Under the pieces are notes generated by a model that was not told the origin of the DNA, made no database searches, and was given only the letters and a program-made list of their open reading frames with translations. Both the position numbers and the translations under genes were made by a program. A stretch of 64,000 bases of DNA from Haplodiscus bocki (taxonomy: Eukaryota), in NCBI GenBank assembly GCA_965655095.1, contig OZ296652.1, positions 2,728,001-2,792,000 of the forward strand, given 5' to 3'. Positions within the stretch are counted from its first letter, which is position 1; every line of letters begins with the position of its first letter. Below are positions 29,001 through 41,200 of this stretch, piece by piece.

Positions 29001-32000
29001 GACTCTTGAGCACAAAAAATATCGCTCTGTTGATTAGACACCTGTGAAATGTGTTAACGACTTTGTGCAATCTTCTATTAATGCTGGTCGTCAGTGAGCC
29101 GATATTCCCATTTGTATTGTTGTTGCAGAAACTGTTAAATTGCTTACCAACAGCTCGTTTGGTTATCAAGTTTGGACCGCAGTCGCCAGTCAATTACAAA
29201 ATACATGAATGATGAAAAAACACATGCATCGATCAACATTAAAATGTTCAGGAGATTGGGTATTATCAACGACCAACTTTACGGAGTGAAGTTTGCCAAA
29301 TCTGAAATTGAACACGGGAATCAATCAGTTTAGTCTTCTTTATCTTAGGTACACTAAATTAAGAATGCTGGAGCTGTAGTACAACTTTTTTCCACAAAAT
29401 TTTGCGATAAGAAGTATGAGTAGTTGTAAAGAGACAGCAATTCACTGTGTTTAGTATTAGCAGTAAATGAAATGGCTGTTTGTATACGAACTGAGAAGGC
29501 ATGAACCGGAACTGTTACGTAGCATAAACTGTAATAAATGGTTCACCGCAGACGCTTGCAGCAGTTTTTTCCCCATGAATTGTTGTGCTAAACAAAATGA
29601 AGACATGATGAGAGAGAGAACCTGGATTGCTCAAGGAAGAATTCTGATGTGCCAAAGAGTTGACATTGTGTAATAAGACATACTGCCTCAGTGAATCTCT
29701 GAGCAACAAGTGTAAATTCAGCAGCAAAGGATTGAACATACGGACATTTGAAGACATTGGTGATGCACCCATGGCAAAAATAAAAAATTTCGGACGAAGT
29801 AACAAACGAAACATTCACTAAACGTGAGTTTCGCAAAAAGAATCTTTGTTTTGCAACCTACGAGCAAATAAAGAAGTAACTCTTTTCCTATCTACCAAAA
29901 CAAAAAGTAGACACAGATGCTGTCAGTACTCATCCATCGCGAGTTTAAATTTCAAAAATTTTAGGTTTTACTCACATATAAAAGCTAATTCACTGTTTAA
30001 AAATTTTCAAATGGATCATTTCACATAGCAGCAAGCAAAAACCGCAAGAAAATAGCCGCAGACGTAAAAAATTATGCAAAGTCGCAATGAAAAATCTGCC
30101 GGGCCTTTTAAAAAATGTGGCACCGTCTGCGGTGGTTCGACATCCCGTAGGACGCCTCTTCTCTTCCACCACCTTCTGCTCACGCATTACTACTACACTA
30201 ATGGACAAAACAAAGCGGATTTCAAGGATGAACCAAATGACATTAGAACCCTAAAACTTTGTGAACTTTGATGAACCTGACTAGTGCCGATGCATCGCAC
30301 TGCAAAAAAAGCCCATGCGTTGCCCATTTTAACGTATTGGATATCTTTTGACTCAAGGCGGTGTCAGGGCCAAAATATTCATTCGCTCAAGCTTGGATAC
30401 ACTTTACTTGACTCAACCAAAAAATGCTTGCAGATTTCTACCAGTGTGGAACTTTGTCCATCTACAGAAAGTGATAAATTTTGCCATCGAAAGTTAACGA
30501 TGATCTGGTTGGAGGGCGATTAATAGTGTTTACTTGTATAATTGTTGTTGACGAAACTCGCAATCGCAAGTCCACGAAAGGATGGATTGTTGAAATTGAT
30601 GCTGACCAAATTCACCCTTACTCAATGTGTCGACCTATGCTTACAGGACTTCACACAAAAAACAATTTCGGTGCAGAAGTGCAATGATTCAAGCCTCGTC
30701 AGAACAAGTCTGAGAGCTTCAAAGAAAGTTATGTCGTACTTTCGATGAAGGACAACCGATTGTAAAACTGAGAATTTCTGCATAACAGGAAGTCAAAGAA
30801 GATCGATTGTTTCAATGCAAAGGAGCTTTGTGGACTTCTCAATTTAGTGCTTGAGGCAAGGAGTTGTTTTTAACCGAACTGTTTTTTAAAGGAGCACAAC
30901 CAGCTCTAATTTAAGATGAAATCCAACAGAAAACGAAAGGGAGAGAAAAGGATGAAATGAACAATATACCACAGAGAACGGTTTCACTGTTGTCGAGATG
31001 TGAGAAAGTCCATGTTGGAAATTCTACACGACGGATCTAGTGGTAGAGAACACTTGAAAATTTATGTCCCATACAAGCCCCCATTTCGTTAGGATCCGTT
31101 TTTGGAGCAGATAAAATCAGACTTATTGTTTAGTTATGTACAGTGTAATATGAAGGTCTCGGAACATCTTAGAGAACATTTCGCCACTTTTTCGCCAATT
31201 TTCGAAAAATAAACATGTGTCGACAAAGTAAAGGTCCATTATAGGAGGGTAAGCTCAGAATAAAAGGTTATTGTCCCAACCGTGACAAATGTTAATTTCT
31301 AGATTCGAGCTAACCAATGGAACCATTACTCCCTTGCTACTATTTTAATTCGAGTTGAGACTCTTGAGCACAAAAAATATCGCTCTGTTGATTAGACACC
31401 TGTGAAATGTGTTAACGACTTTGTGCAATCTTCTATTAATGCTGGTCGTCAGTGAGCCGATATTCCCATTTGTATTGTTGTTGCAGAAACTGTTAAATTG
31501 CTTACCAACAGCTCGTTTGGTTATCAAGTTTGGACCGCAGTCGCCAGTCAATTACAAAATACATGAATGATGAAAAAACACATGCATCGATCAACATTAA
31601 AATGTTCAGGAGATTGGGTATTATCAACGACCAACTTTACGGAGTGAAGTTTGCCAAATCTGAAATTGAACACGGGAATCAATCAGTTTAGTCTTCTTTA
31701 TCTTAGGTACACTAAATTGAGAATGCTGGAGCTGTAGTACAACTTTTTTCCACAAAATTTTGCGATAAGAAGTATGAGTAGTTGTAAAGAGACAGCAATT
31801 CACTGTGTTTAGTATTAGCAGTAAATGAAATGGCTGTTTGTATACGAACTGAGAAGGCATGAACCGGAACTGTTACGTAGCATAAACTGTAATAAATGGT
31901 TCACCGCAGACGCTTGCAGCAGTTTTTTCCCCATGAATTGTTGTGCTAAACAAAATGAAGACATGATGAGAGAGAGAACCTGGATTGCTCAAGGAAGAAT

Positions 32001-32741
32001 TCTGATGTGCCAAAGAGTTGACATTGTGTAATAAGACATACTGCCTCAGTGAATCTCTGAGCAACAAGTGTAAATTCAGCAGCAAAGGATTGAACATACG
32101 GACATTTGAAGACATTGGTGATGCACCCATGGCAAAAATAAAAAATTTCGGACGAAGTAACAAACGAAACATTCACTAAACGTGAGTTTCGCAAAAAGAA
32201 TCTTTGTTTTGCAACCTACGAGCAAATAAAGAAGTAACTCTTTTCCTATCTACCAAAACAAAAAGTAGACGCAGATGCAGTCAGTACTCATCCATCGCGA
32301 GTTTAAATTTCAAAAATTTTAGGTTTTACTCACATATAAAAGCTAATTCACTGTTTAAAAATTTTCAAATGGATCATTTCACATAGCAGCAAGCAAAAAC
32401 CGCAAGAAAATAGCCGCAGACGTAAAAAATTATGCAAAGTCGCAATGAAAAATCTGCCGGGCCTTTTAAAAAATGTGGCACCGTCTGCGGTGGTTCGACA
32501 TCCCGTAGGACGCCTCTTCTCTTCCACCACCTTCTGCTCACGCATTACTACTACACTAATGGACAAAACAAAGCAGATTTCAAGGATGAACCAAATGACA
32601 TTAGAACCCTAAAACTTTGTGAACATTGATGAACCTGACTAGTGCCGATGCATCGCACTGCAAAAAAAAGCCCATGCGTTGCCCATTTTAACGTATTGGA
32701 TATCTTTTGACTCAAGGCGGTGTCAGGGCCAAAATATTCAT
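120..32741 (+). repeat. Tandem macrosatellite-like array, 14 units of ~2359 bp (unit 8 is 1943 bp)
   Basis: The same ORF set recurs at 230, 2590, 4949, 7308, 9666, 12025, 14384, 16744, 18687, 21046, 23405, 25764, 28123 and 30481. Spacings are 2358-2360 except one of 1943. Unit starts are approximately 120, 2480, 4839, 7198, 9556, 11915, 14274, 16634, 18577, 20936, 23295, 25654, 28013 and 30371. Only scattered SNPs and 1-bp indels separate the units. Unique sequence resumes after ...gggccaaaatattcat at 32741. Confidence 0.98.
16634..18576 (+). repeat. Array unit 8 with a 415-bp internal deletion
   Basis: The sequence reads catgcatcGATgtgccaaag at ~17845-17863. This joins unit-1 equivalent positions 1340 and 1756 through a 3-bp GAT microhomology. 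Confidence 0.95.
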
Positions 32742-34989
32742 GCGTCAGGGTAACCCAACTTTCACCGAATATATTACCTATCTTGATACATTGTATATCT
32801 ATTGAAAACAATGTAGAGAAAACGAGAAGGGGCATCCAGCCCAAAACACCGATTCAGGCTACGTTCAGCGCTCGGACCGCTGTAGCCTATCCTTATATAT
32901 GAGAGGACTCCACCGCCCGTCTGATCAACGCACTCTCTCACCATTCCTACTTTAATGCTTAAAAGCAAACAAAAACAGGGTCGTGTTGACAAAAGTAAGT
33001 AAGTGTTTTTTGGCAAGTTTGCTCTTTTTCTTGCAAAACTTAGTTGTTCTTTGACGTAAATGAATGAACTCGTTTTGTTTTTCTTAAAGTTTTGGGAAAT
33101 TCTCTCGGTTTTCTGGAAAAGCAGACAGGAAAATTACAAATGTTTTAAAAATTTTTGAGTATAAAAAAAGTGTTCTCTGCAGCCATGGGCATCAGCTATC
33201 GCTGCCGACTTAGTTTCTCCGGCGTCGAAAAAGGACACATTTTGTGCGAGAATGCTTCTGCTGGAACATGCCTTTCTGTAATCTCCACCTTGATAGTATG
33301 CAAAAAATGCCAATCAGTTTTGGTTTCTTTGAAACTGAAGCCCAATTTCATTCAAAATACATAAATTAATGCTTTCTCTTAAGTCCTTACAGCAGACTTC
33401 TTTTTTGAGGACCAGTTTTTGGTTGAAAAATCATTGGTTTTTTCACTTGATCGGGGAAAACCACAAATCCGAGAAAGTTACTTTGGTCATGTAAACCCTC
33501 GCTTATGAACCTACTAATCTCTCCATAACTAATGGACTGATTTCATACATCAACTTCTCAACGGACGCCTAATCTTAAACTTGTGAAGGATTATGCAACG
33601 TCATCAATTAGATTACTGGCGTCGTAGTGTTGATTGTCCAAAGTTCCGAAAAGTTCTGATCAACATGTTTTATCTCGCTGCTCAAACTCGTTCTTCTCCC
33701 TTACTACCAGCTTCTTTCCTTCACGCAAGGTCTCAACCAGTGGTCTCTGGTTTTTGATGAACGTTACAGTTCGAAATTATCAATTTCGATCCTTACAATG
33801 GAATCTTTGCAGTGTAAAATTGTTTAAAAGGATATATTTTTGGACTTATCTTGCTATCCAGACTTGTCTCTCTAAAACCACTGACTTGATTTCTTCCTTC
33901 AAAAATGCAATACAAAGCTTTGCTCTTGTGTTGGATTATCCAACTGAAAAGTCACAAAAATTTTCTCTCCGTGTAGTGGAATCCTGATGTACAAGAAAAT
34001 CCAGAATATGCTATCAGTCTTGATCTGACCTACCTCGATATTTAGGTATATTTTTCTTCAATTTGTTCAATTTTTCTTCCAAGGTGTCCGCCGTTTACTT
34101 TTTCGTTGAGGAATACTACGTCTGCTTAAAAATCATAAAATTTGTTTCTTTTAATGGAATTGGAGTCCTGATTGATCAAAGGGTGGTAAAGTGCTATAGC
34201 ATAGACATATCTCAATATTCGATTTCATCCTCCTCGAAAACCACTGCTTTGAATTCTGAATTCTTCCATCAAGGTTTGAATTGACTTTGACTGTTTTATA
34301 CTATCAATCGACCCTTAGGTTGAACAATCTCTGATTTTGTTCCTTAGATTGGAATCCTGATGCCCGAAATTGCCAAAGAGTCCTATTAATCTTGTTTTTC
34401 TGCCGATTTTCAAACTCACAATTATCTAAAGCTACAGATCTGAATTCTTCCGTGAATGTCGCCGTCGAGAACTTTTGGCTGCCAGAAATGGGTTTTTTTT
34501 AAATTTAATTGTTGTTTGTTCGATCAATCATTTCTCCGCCCCTTCGACGGAAAATATCGCAGTGCGACTGCGCCTCTCGTTTGATTTTTTCCGGGTCATC
34601 GCTCCCGCTTGGCTTGTGAGTTTATTTTCGATATTTTATGCAATTTCAGCAGTCAAAACCCAAAAAGTGCGGGTACAAGCTAAATTCAGTGCTTTATCAA
34701 GTTTAGCCTCTAAATTGTCAAAGTTATTCAAATAAATATTCCTTCAGATTTATAAAATTCGATATATTCAGAACAATTTGAAATTTGGTTTTCAGCATTC
34801 AGAAAATCTAAAATTTGGAATCAAATTTGTTTTTAGGCTTTCTTTTCCATGTTAAGAGCTAAATTTCATGGATTTCATTTCCAAATCTCTAAAACAAAGC
34901 CTGAAAGCATCCTTGGACAATCTCCGGATAATATTTCAAACAACTATTCACCTTGCTGGGTGTTCTTTAAATTTGTGCTTTTGTTTCAG

Positions 34990-35217
34990 CTCCCTTAATC
35001 GAGTATGTGAACAACAACTTTGATGGAAAAGCGAAGGTAGTGAGGACCTCTTCTAGACATGGTTTGATCAGGGCTAAAAACTTTGGTAGTAAACACGCCA
35101 CCGGGGAAGCTTTAATTTTCCTGGATTCCCACTGCGAGTGCACTACAGGCTGGCTTCCACCTCTCCTGCAAGCTTTAAAGCAAAATCCCAAAACTGTCGT
35201 CCAACCAGTCATTCCAG
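34990..35217 (+). CDS. GALNT: GALNT exon (GT-A catalytic domain, DxH motif)
   Basis: Acceptor ttgtttcag|. Translation [75 protein letters not shown]. Donor G|gtatcc, phase 1. Confidence 0.93.
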
Positions 35218-38200
35218 GTATCCAGGGTTGTTAAGTTTGTTTTTAATCAGTTTTGAACATAATAATTAACAAGCCGAGAATGGCCAGAGTCAGCGCTACC
35301 CGTGTGGCTCAAAATACTGATACGACGGAGTTGACTTTATTGTTTGAAAAATGTTTTTTGGTATATTCTTGGTATAAAATATTACTATGCTGGGATTCAA
35401 ACTTTCTAGCTATCCTTTTATTAGAGTTTATGAGGGGTTACCACGAAAAAAGCTTGGATCGAACGTCCAAAATTTTTTTCGGAAATAGGTAGATTTCCGG
35501 TGTAAAATGTAAAAATAAATAACCTATTCCGGGGTTCAAACCCGCGACTTGTGGTTCCGGAGCCCATTTCTCCTACCCACTGCGCCGTATAAAATGCAAA
35601 AAAAGTCGAGTATATGCAAACGGGCGGTTTTTGGTGGAAATTTGATTTTTGGACAACCTGGAAGCAGTTTGAAGTGTTTGTGCTGGGGAATTGGAGATGG
35701 TAGTGGAAAGTTTCAAAAGCCACTCCATCCCAAGCTAGAAAATTTACTCAAAACTTAAGGCAAGTCTCCTACTCCAATTTTGTGACTGCTGCCTTCCTAC
35801 ATTTCAACAAATTCGCCTCAGGCCTGAGTTCGAAAGGAAGGTCTTTTTCTATCTGGTGAATCAAGTGAAGAAATCTGATATTGATAAAGAGCTAAATTAG
35901 GATTAGTAATAATATCATTTTTTGGCCTACAGTTATTAATAAAATCAGAAAATCAAAATATCAGAGAAAGTGAAAGTATAGAAAATTCAAAACAGACACA
36001 ATCAATTAAGGTATAAATGAAAACGGTAAAATATAAAAACGGAAAAGGGTTGTAGGTTTTACAAGAACAAGGACATCTAAGTAAGTCATAAGTTAATCTT
36101 ACGGCTCAAAATTCATTTTGTCAACTAAGGACAGCAAGTTGTCAGACCTTAGTTGACAGCAAGTTGTCAGACCTTAGTTGACAGCAAGTTGTCAACTAAG
36201 GACATTAAATTGGCAACTACAGACAGTTTTTTAAAAACGGCAAATTGCCAAAATTGTTTTAGGCCCGCAATATTGCAAAGGCTGTGTGCATTAAGCAAAG
36301 AATGTAGTAGAAAAGGTAGAACTATTCAGATCCGCAAATTGCCAAGACGAGTTCTATCTCTTTATCAATTATCAGACCCGCAAAAATGCTAAGGTTGTCG
36401 AGTCCGCTTTTGGCTAGGACTTTTCTCAAATTGAGAAATAGATTCAGTTCCCTCAATCAAGAGGAACGGCAAAATGCCAAAATACAAGTTTTAGGTTTAA
36501 AAAAGTTACAGAAAAGTGTTAGTTGAACTTAGCTACTTTACTGTTTTTCTGAAATAAGGAATAAACTTAGTTACTGAAACTTTTAGTCTACATCAGAAGA
36601 AAAGTTAAAGTTAACTTAGAAAAGAAAAATTATTCAAAAGAAAAGTTAGAGATGAAAACAAAAATGATAAAAATGTTCGACTTACAATTACTGCTCAATA
36701 TTTCTGCACCGGGTTCGATCCGTCTTTGCTGGAAAATGGCTGGCGTGAACTCACGTATCTTCTGACTTCTGATTTGAGCTGGATGAGATCGCGCCAAAAC
36801 GGGGAATTTCGTCCGCTATATATACTAAATTTTATTCACTCGGGAGCCAATCAAAATGCGAACAGCACTGGATTGGCTCTGAGTATGACGTCAACTCATG
36901 TGACCAGTCACGTGACTTTGGAGTGTCAATATTCATATTGTTAAAACACACATGACGTCAAATGACGTCAGATGACGTTATTATTTCGGGAGTTGATTCT
37001 ATTGTTTGGTGAACGACGTTGTTGTTCATATAAGGTAAATCAGGGAGTAACGGCGGCTGTAGTTTTGAAGTGGTTGTATACAAATGTGACACGTGATCAA
37101 ACTTGTGCATCGGCAGTCAAAATAGCGGATATAAAATATTATTGTTTAAATTTTTAGTTTTTCAAAGTTTTCCTTTTCTTTTTTTTCTTTGCTGTAGGTC
37201 AAACTACATCTCATCCGGGGTTCAGGATTGTTGGAGATGAAACCGGGGTTCACGGTAAGTCAGGAATCTTTACCTAGATATGGACAATATCTCTCATTTT
37301 TAGATTCTTACTTGTCTTGAACATTTCTTCATGCTGAAGTAGAATAAAAAACCACAACTTGAGTTTTGTTGCAAGGGCATTGGTCGTGAGAAGCAGGGTG
37401 TAGTTTTGTCGTCTGTCTTTAAGACATTCATCCAGATTAAACCAGAATTGACTTGTCTGAAAATACTGATTTGAATTGATCCTTTAAAGGACCAAGAGGG
37501 GATATCGTCAAGGGCTTCGGCGATCAAAGATATAATAATGGACATTGATCTGCCATGTGCTGAGCCACATCCATAAAGGAAGGCGCTAATAAACAAACTA
37601 AAGCCTTATAATTTGCTGAGGAAAGCTGTGGTACAAAAATTGCGTGCCAAGTTGGGATAGGTAATAATTGTGTTTTTTGCTTCTTCAAATTGTTTGGCGT
37701 TGATGAAGATGACCAAAAAGTTTTCGAGTTTCCAAATATTTTTGAAGAGTTTCCAATCGCGGGGTTGCTCTCCTGTTTCCAACTTTTGTAGTCGAGATTC
37801 AAAATTGTCTATCTTTTTAGAAAGTTTCTTATTCTAGTAATCTATGTTTAGGCTGAATGGCCCATTGTATTTAGGTTTGGGTTTTTCTAATTTGAGTTGG
37901 GCTAAAGTCTTTTCAACATCTTCAAGTTTTACAGCAAGGGCAGTGCTGAGAATTTGTTCAATTTCAAATTTTTTTCAATGAGGTTCGGGAAATGTTTAGT
38001 AAAATGCTGAAATTGGTCTTCTAAGTAGGACGGATTTTCGTTGAAATTTGAGCGATGGGTTTTCGAGGGTAAATTTCTGTCGTTTAGGATCCCAAAACAC
38101 ACTCCTCAACTAATTATTGTTTTTTTTGCAATTTTGTAGGTTAGATTAAATTGAAGCTGAGGATTTTTAGTAATGATATAATTTGGCGTAGCTTCCTCGC

Positions 38201-41200
38201 TTTTCCTCTGTTTCTGAAAGAGTTGTCATGAGGAGATAGTTGACTTTGGCTTTTTGGCTCTATCGCTCAGGGCATTTGGAAGTTTATCGGAGGGGGTGGT
38301 AATTAGTTTCGCTGGTTCGTGAATTAGAGTGGTTTTGCTAGGAGAGTTTTTTGGGTCTTCAAAGATTAGTTCTGGAAGCTGTAGAAGGTCGACTTCTGTG
38401 ATATTGTTTTTGGAGTAGAGAATCTAGATCTGAAAAAGGATAACTATCCTGGGTCATATTGCTGAAATCAAAAGCGTATCAGTTACTTTGAACAGGTGAA
38501 ACGGCGTTGGGAGCAATATTGGGTAGTGTTTGATTAGAGGAATAAATGTGGTTGGTAGATTCTTGCGTTTCCACAACCATCGGTGTTGAAGACTCAATGG
38601 TTTTGGCTGGTGAATAGAATGAGTTTATTTTTGAACCCATAAAAAGCTGATAGTAAAACTTTTCCGAAGCTGACGAATTTTCCCGTTATCAGATGTATTT
38701 CTAAGGTATTCATCATAGTGACGATTAAATCAAAGATCAGTTCTATAAAAAGGAAAATAGCGAACCAGATTCCGCATTTTTCAAGCCAGTAAACAACTGA
38801 TCCAAAAGTCCGGACAAATTTGTTCTCGAAATTTCGGAGAAAACATGTTATCTACGAAGAAGTCTGTTCGAGGTGAATAGTATGTATATCCACCTGGTCC
38901 CTTCTTTGCGTTTGGGGGAACAATCAAGTTTCGTGTGAGTTTTTGCAAGGCGTTCCGTGATGCTGAACTCATTAGTATAGCGTCCCAAAATTCGCTGAGA
39001 TGTCTTTTCGTATACATTGCAGCTTTAACTCATTGGGGTAACTTTTGCGTTGTGAAGAGAGAAACGTCTTTAGGGGCGAATACTGCAGGTCTGTCTTTGT
39101 GAGCAATTTCTGGTGTTAGGGATTACCATGAGTCCTTCTGAACCATAGCCACTCTCCGGGAAGAAACTTGGGTTTGAACTTTTTTCTGGCATAGCATCGG
39201 GTAGAGTTTGTCTAGTAATGGATCTACGAATTGTATTCTTCTTTTATAAACGATGGCATTTTGTCATTACATTGCTTGAGAGTGTGTAGGGCTGATCTCA
39301 TTTGTGGGCGGGAATGTGTAGGGCTGATCTCATTTGTGGGCGGGAAGAGAGCCATGCTAAGCTTCCATTTTTCTCTAAGAACATTGATCTGTTTCCACTA
39401 AGCATGTATCCCGCAAGGCCGGGGTTTTTCGAGCGAAAGCATCAAGATAGTGAAGATTTGGATTCTTTTGTTCACATTGGTTCTTGAATAGATTCAGTTC
39501 TGATTCCTGTAGTGCTCTAGTACTCTCCAAGATAAGGCAGTCGAGATCTGTTTCTTGTAATTCCTAGTCCATATTCAACCATATATTGATGTATGGGTCA
39601 GCAGATTTGGGTTGAGGACTGTAGACGTAGAGGTTTCCAGGTTTCGGGAAGAATGCATTATTCTGATACTGTAAAAGGTGAGGACCTAGTTCGTTAATTT
39701 TCCGTCCTGTTTTCATATCAAATCACCCATAGTGGATTGCAACAAACAGTGAGGCGTATGTAGTTGGATAAACTTCTGTTGGTTTGTTACAAAGATGTTG
39801 AGGGTTATTTTTTACCTCAAATAAATATGTGCTCTCCAGTGAGTTTTGGCTAACTTTGTAAAAGTGGTTGTCGTTTTTTTAGCATGTGCTCATAGTCTTC
39901 TTTTGAAACTGATATTATGCAATTTTCAGGAGCTTTCCACGTAAAAACATAAAGGTCTAATGATGTACTTTCCCATCAAAGTGTGTGCAGGTCGCAAGGT
40001 AGTAGCTGATCATTTCGGTTGAATACTTTGCCATATTTATTTCTCATCTTCAGAGTGATTATTAGTATAGACTTTCCAAACTAGCTTTGGTTATCCATTT
40101 GTAAACTTTGCATTCTTTAACGTAGTCTCCATTTACATCTCCTTTCTATTTCTGATGAGTTTGTTTACTGACTTTTTCAAAAGTAAGTTTGTGGTCAAAA
40201 AGTGTGAGTGATCTCCCATCGGAGGTTTGCTTGCATTGTTCAAGATTTAGGTCTACATCACTTGTTATCTGTGGCGGTTCAATATCCATACTTCTATGGT
40301 CATGCGTCCCGCAAAAAAATTTGTTTGTTTGAGGCTTTATTCTACAAATTGTGGCGTTAATTTCAGTACGGAAGTATTTCGTGTACATAGTCAATTTTAC
40401 GTCGTTCATTTCAAAAACTAGGGGTGCCATATCACAAGGTTTAACTTGGTTTAGTGAATAAAGATTGTTTTGAGTCATTTCGCAGCAGTCAAATTGGGAG
40501 ATTTGTACTGAAGGTGCAGAATTGTCATCTTTGGGTCCGTATTTGTGGCACAGAGAAATGTTCAGCACAAAAGAAATAAAACACATTTTATGAAAGCCAT
40601 CTTTTCACTATTCATTATCACATTTGAAAACGGCACTTCGATCAGACCTAAAACAGAAAGATGTTTTCAATGAAGGAAGGTAGCAATTTGCTAACCAAAT
40701 GATGAAGAAGTTTTGTGCCGTAGCTCTTGGCTATACAGAGTTTCAGGCATATAGCAACTGAAAAGATTTGACAACGTTAGTCCAGGTGAAAACAATGCTC
40801 AAATTTGGCAACATTGGTCAGGGAAAAAAACTTTGGCAATTCAAGCCAGAAAAGGAAACTTTGACACCTTAGGCCGGCGAAAAAACCTTCGGCAACTTAG
40901 GCCGGGAAAGAAACATTGGCACCTGTAGGCCAGAAAAAGGAACTTTGGAAACTGTAGGCCAGAAAAAGGCACTTCGGCACCTGTAGGCCAGAAATTAAAC
41001 ATTGGCTTCTGTAGGCCTGAAAGGAAACATTGGCATCTGTGGGCCAGAAAAAAAAACATCGGCACTTTTGGGCCGGAATACATTAGTACTTTCAGACTGG
41101 AACAACTTGTTAAAAAAAGGTTAGAGCTGAAAAGTAAGATTGGTTGTAATTGCAAAAGGAAATTCGTTACAGTTGAAAAAGAAAACGTTAGTCAGAAGTT

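Noticed and set aside
230-32629. The many recurring 60-99 aa ORFs in the ORF track as real small genes
   Set aside because: They are fragments or antisense shadows of the frameshifted PolB pseudogene, repeated only because the DNA is repeated.
120-32741. Array as rDNA, 5S, histone or snRNA gene cluster, or as a CRISPR array
   Set aside because: No such gene is recognisable in the unit. Units are 2.36 kb with no unique spacers, there are no cas genes, and the context is eukaryotic.
120-32741. Array as a pure assembly artefact
   Set aside because: Position-clustered SNPs, one unit-specific deletion and distinct microhomology-bounded flanks argue for a real array. The exact copy number still needs read support.
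32742-34989. Upstream GALNT exons or another retroelement gag remnant
   Set aside because: No GALNT N-terminal motifs (e.g. SVII.FHNE, EIILVDD) were found by eye. The - strand has coding-like decayed stretches but no motif I can assign.
35525-35592. Functional tRNA gene
   Set aside because: A- and B-box-like motifs are present, but there is no acceptor stem and the arms are imperfect.
37209-37230. Canonical polypurine tract before the 3' LTR
   Set aside because: Only a short GGATGAGA is present on the element strand, too weak to call.
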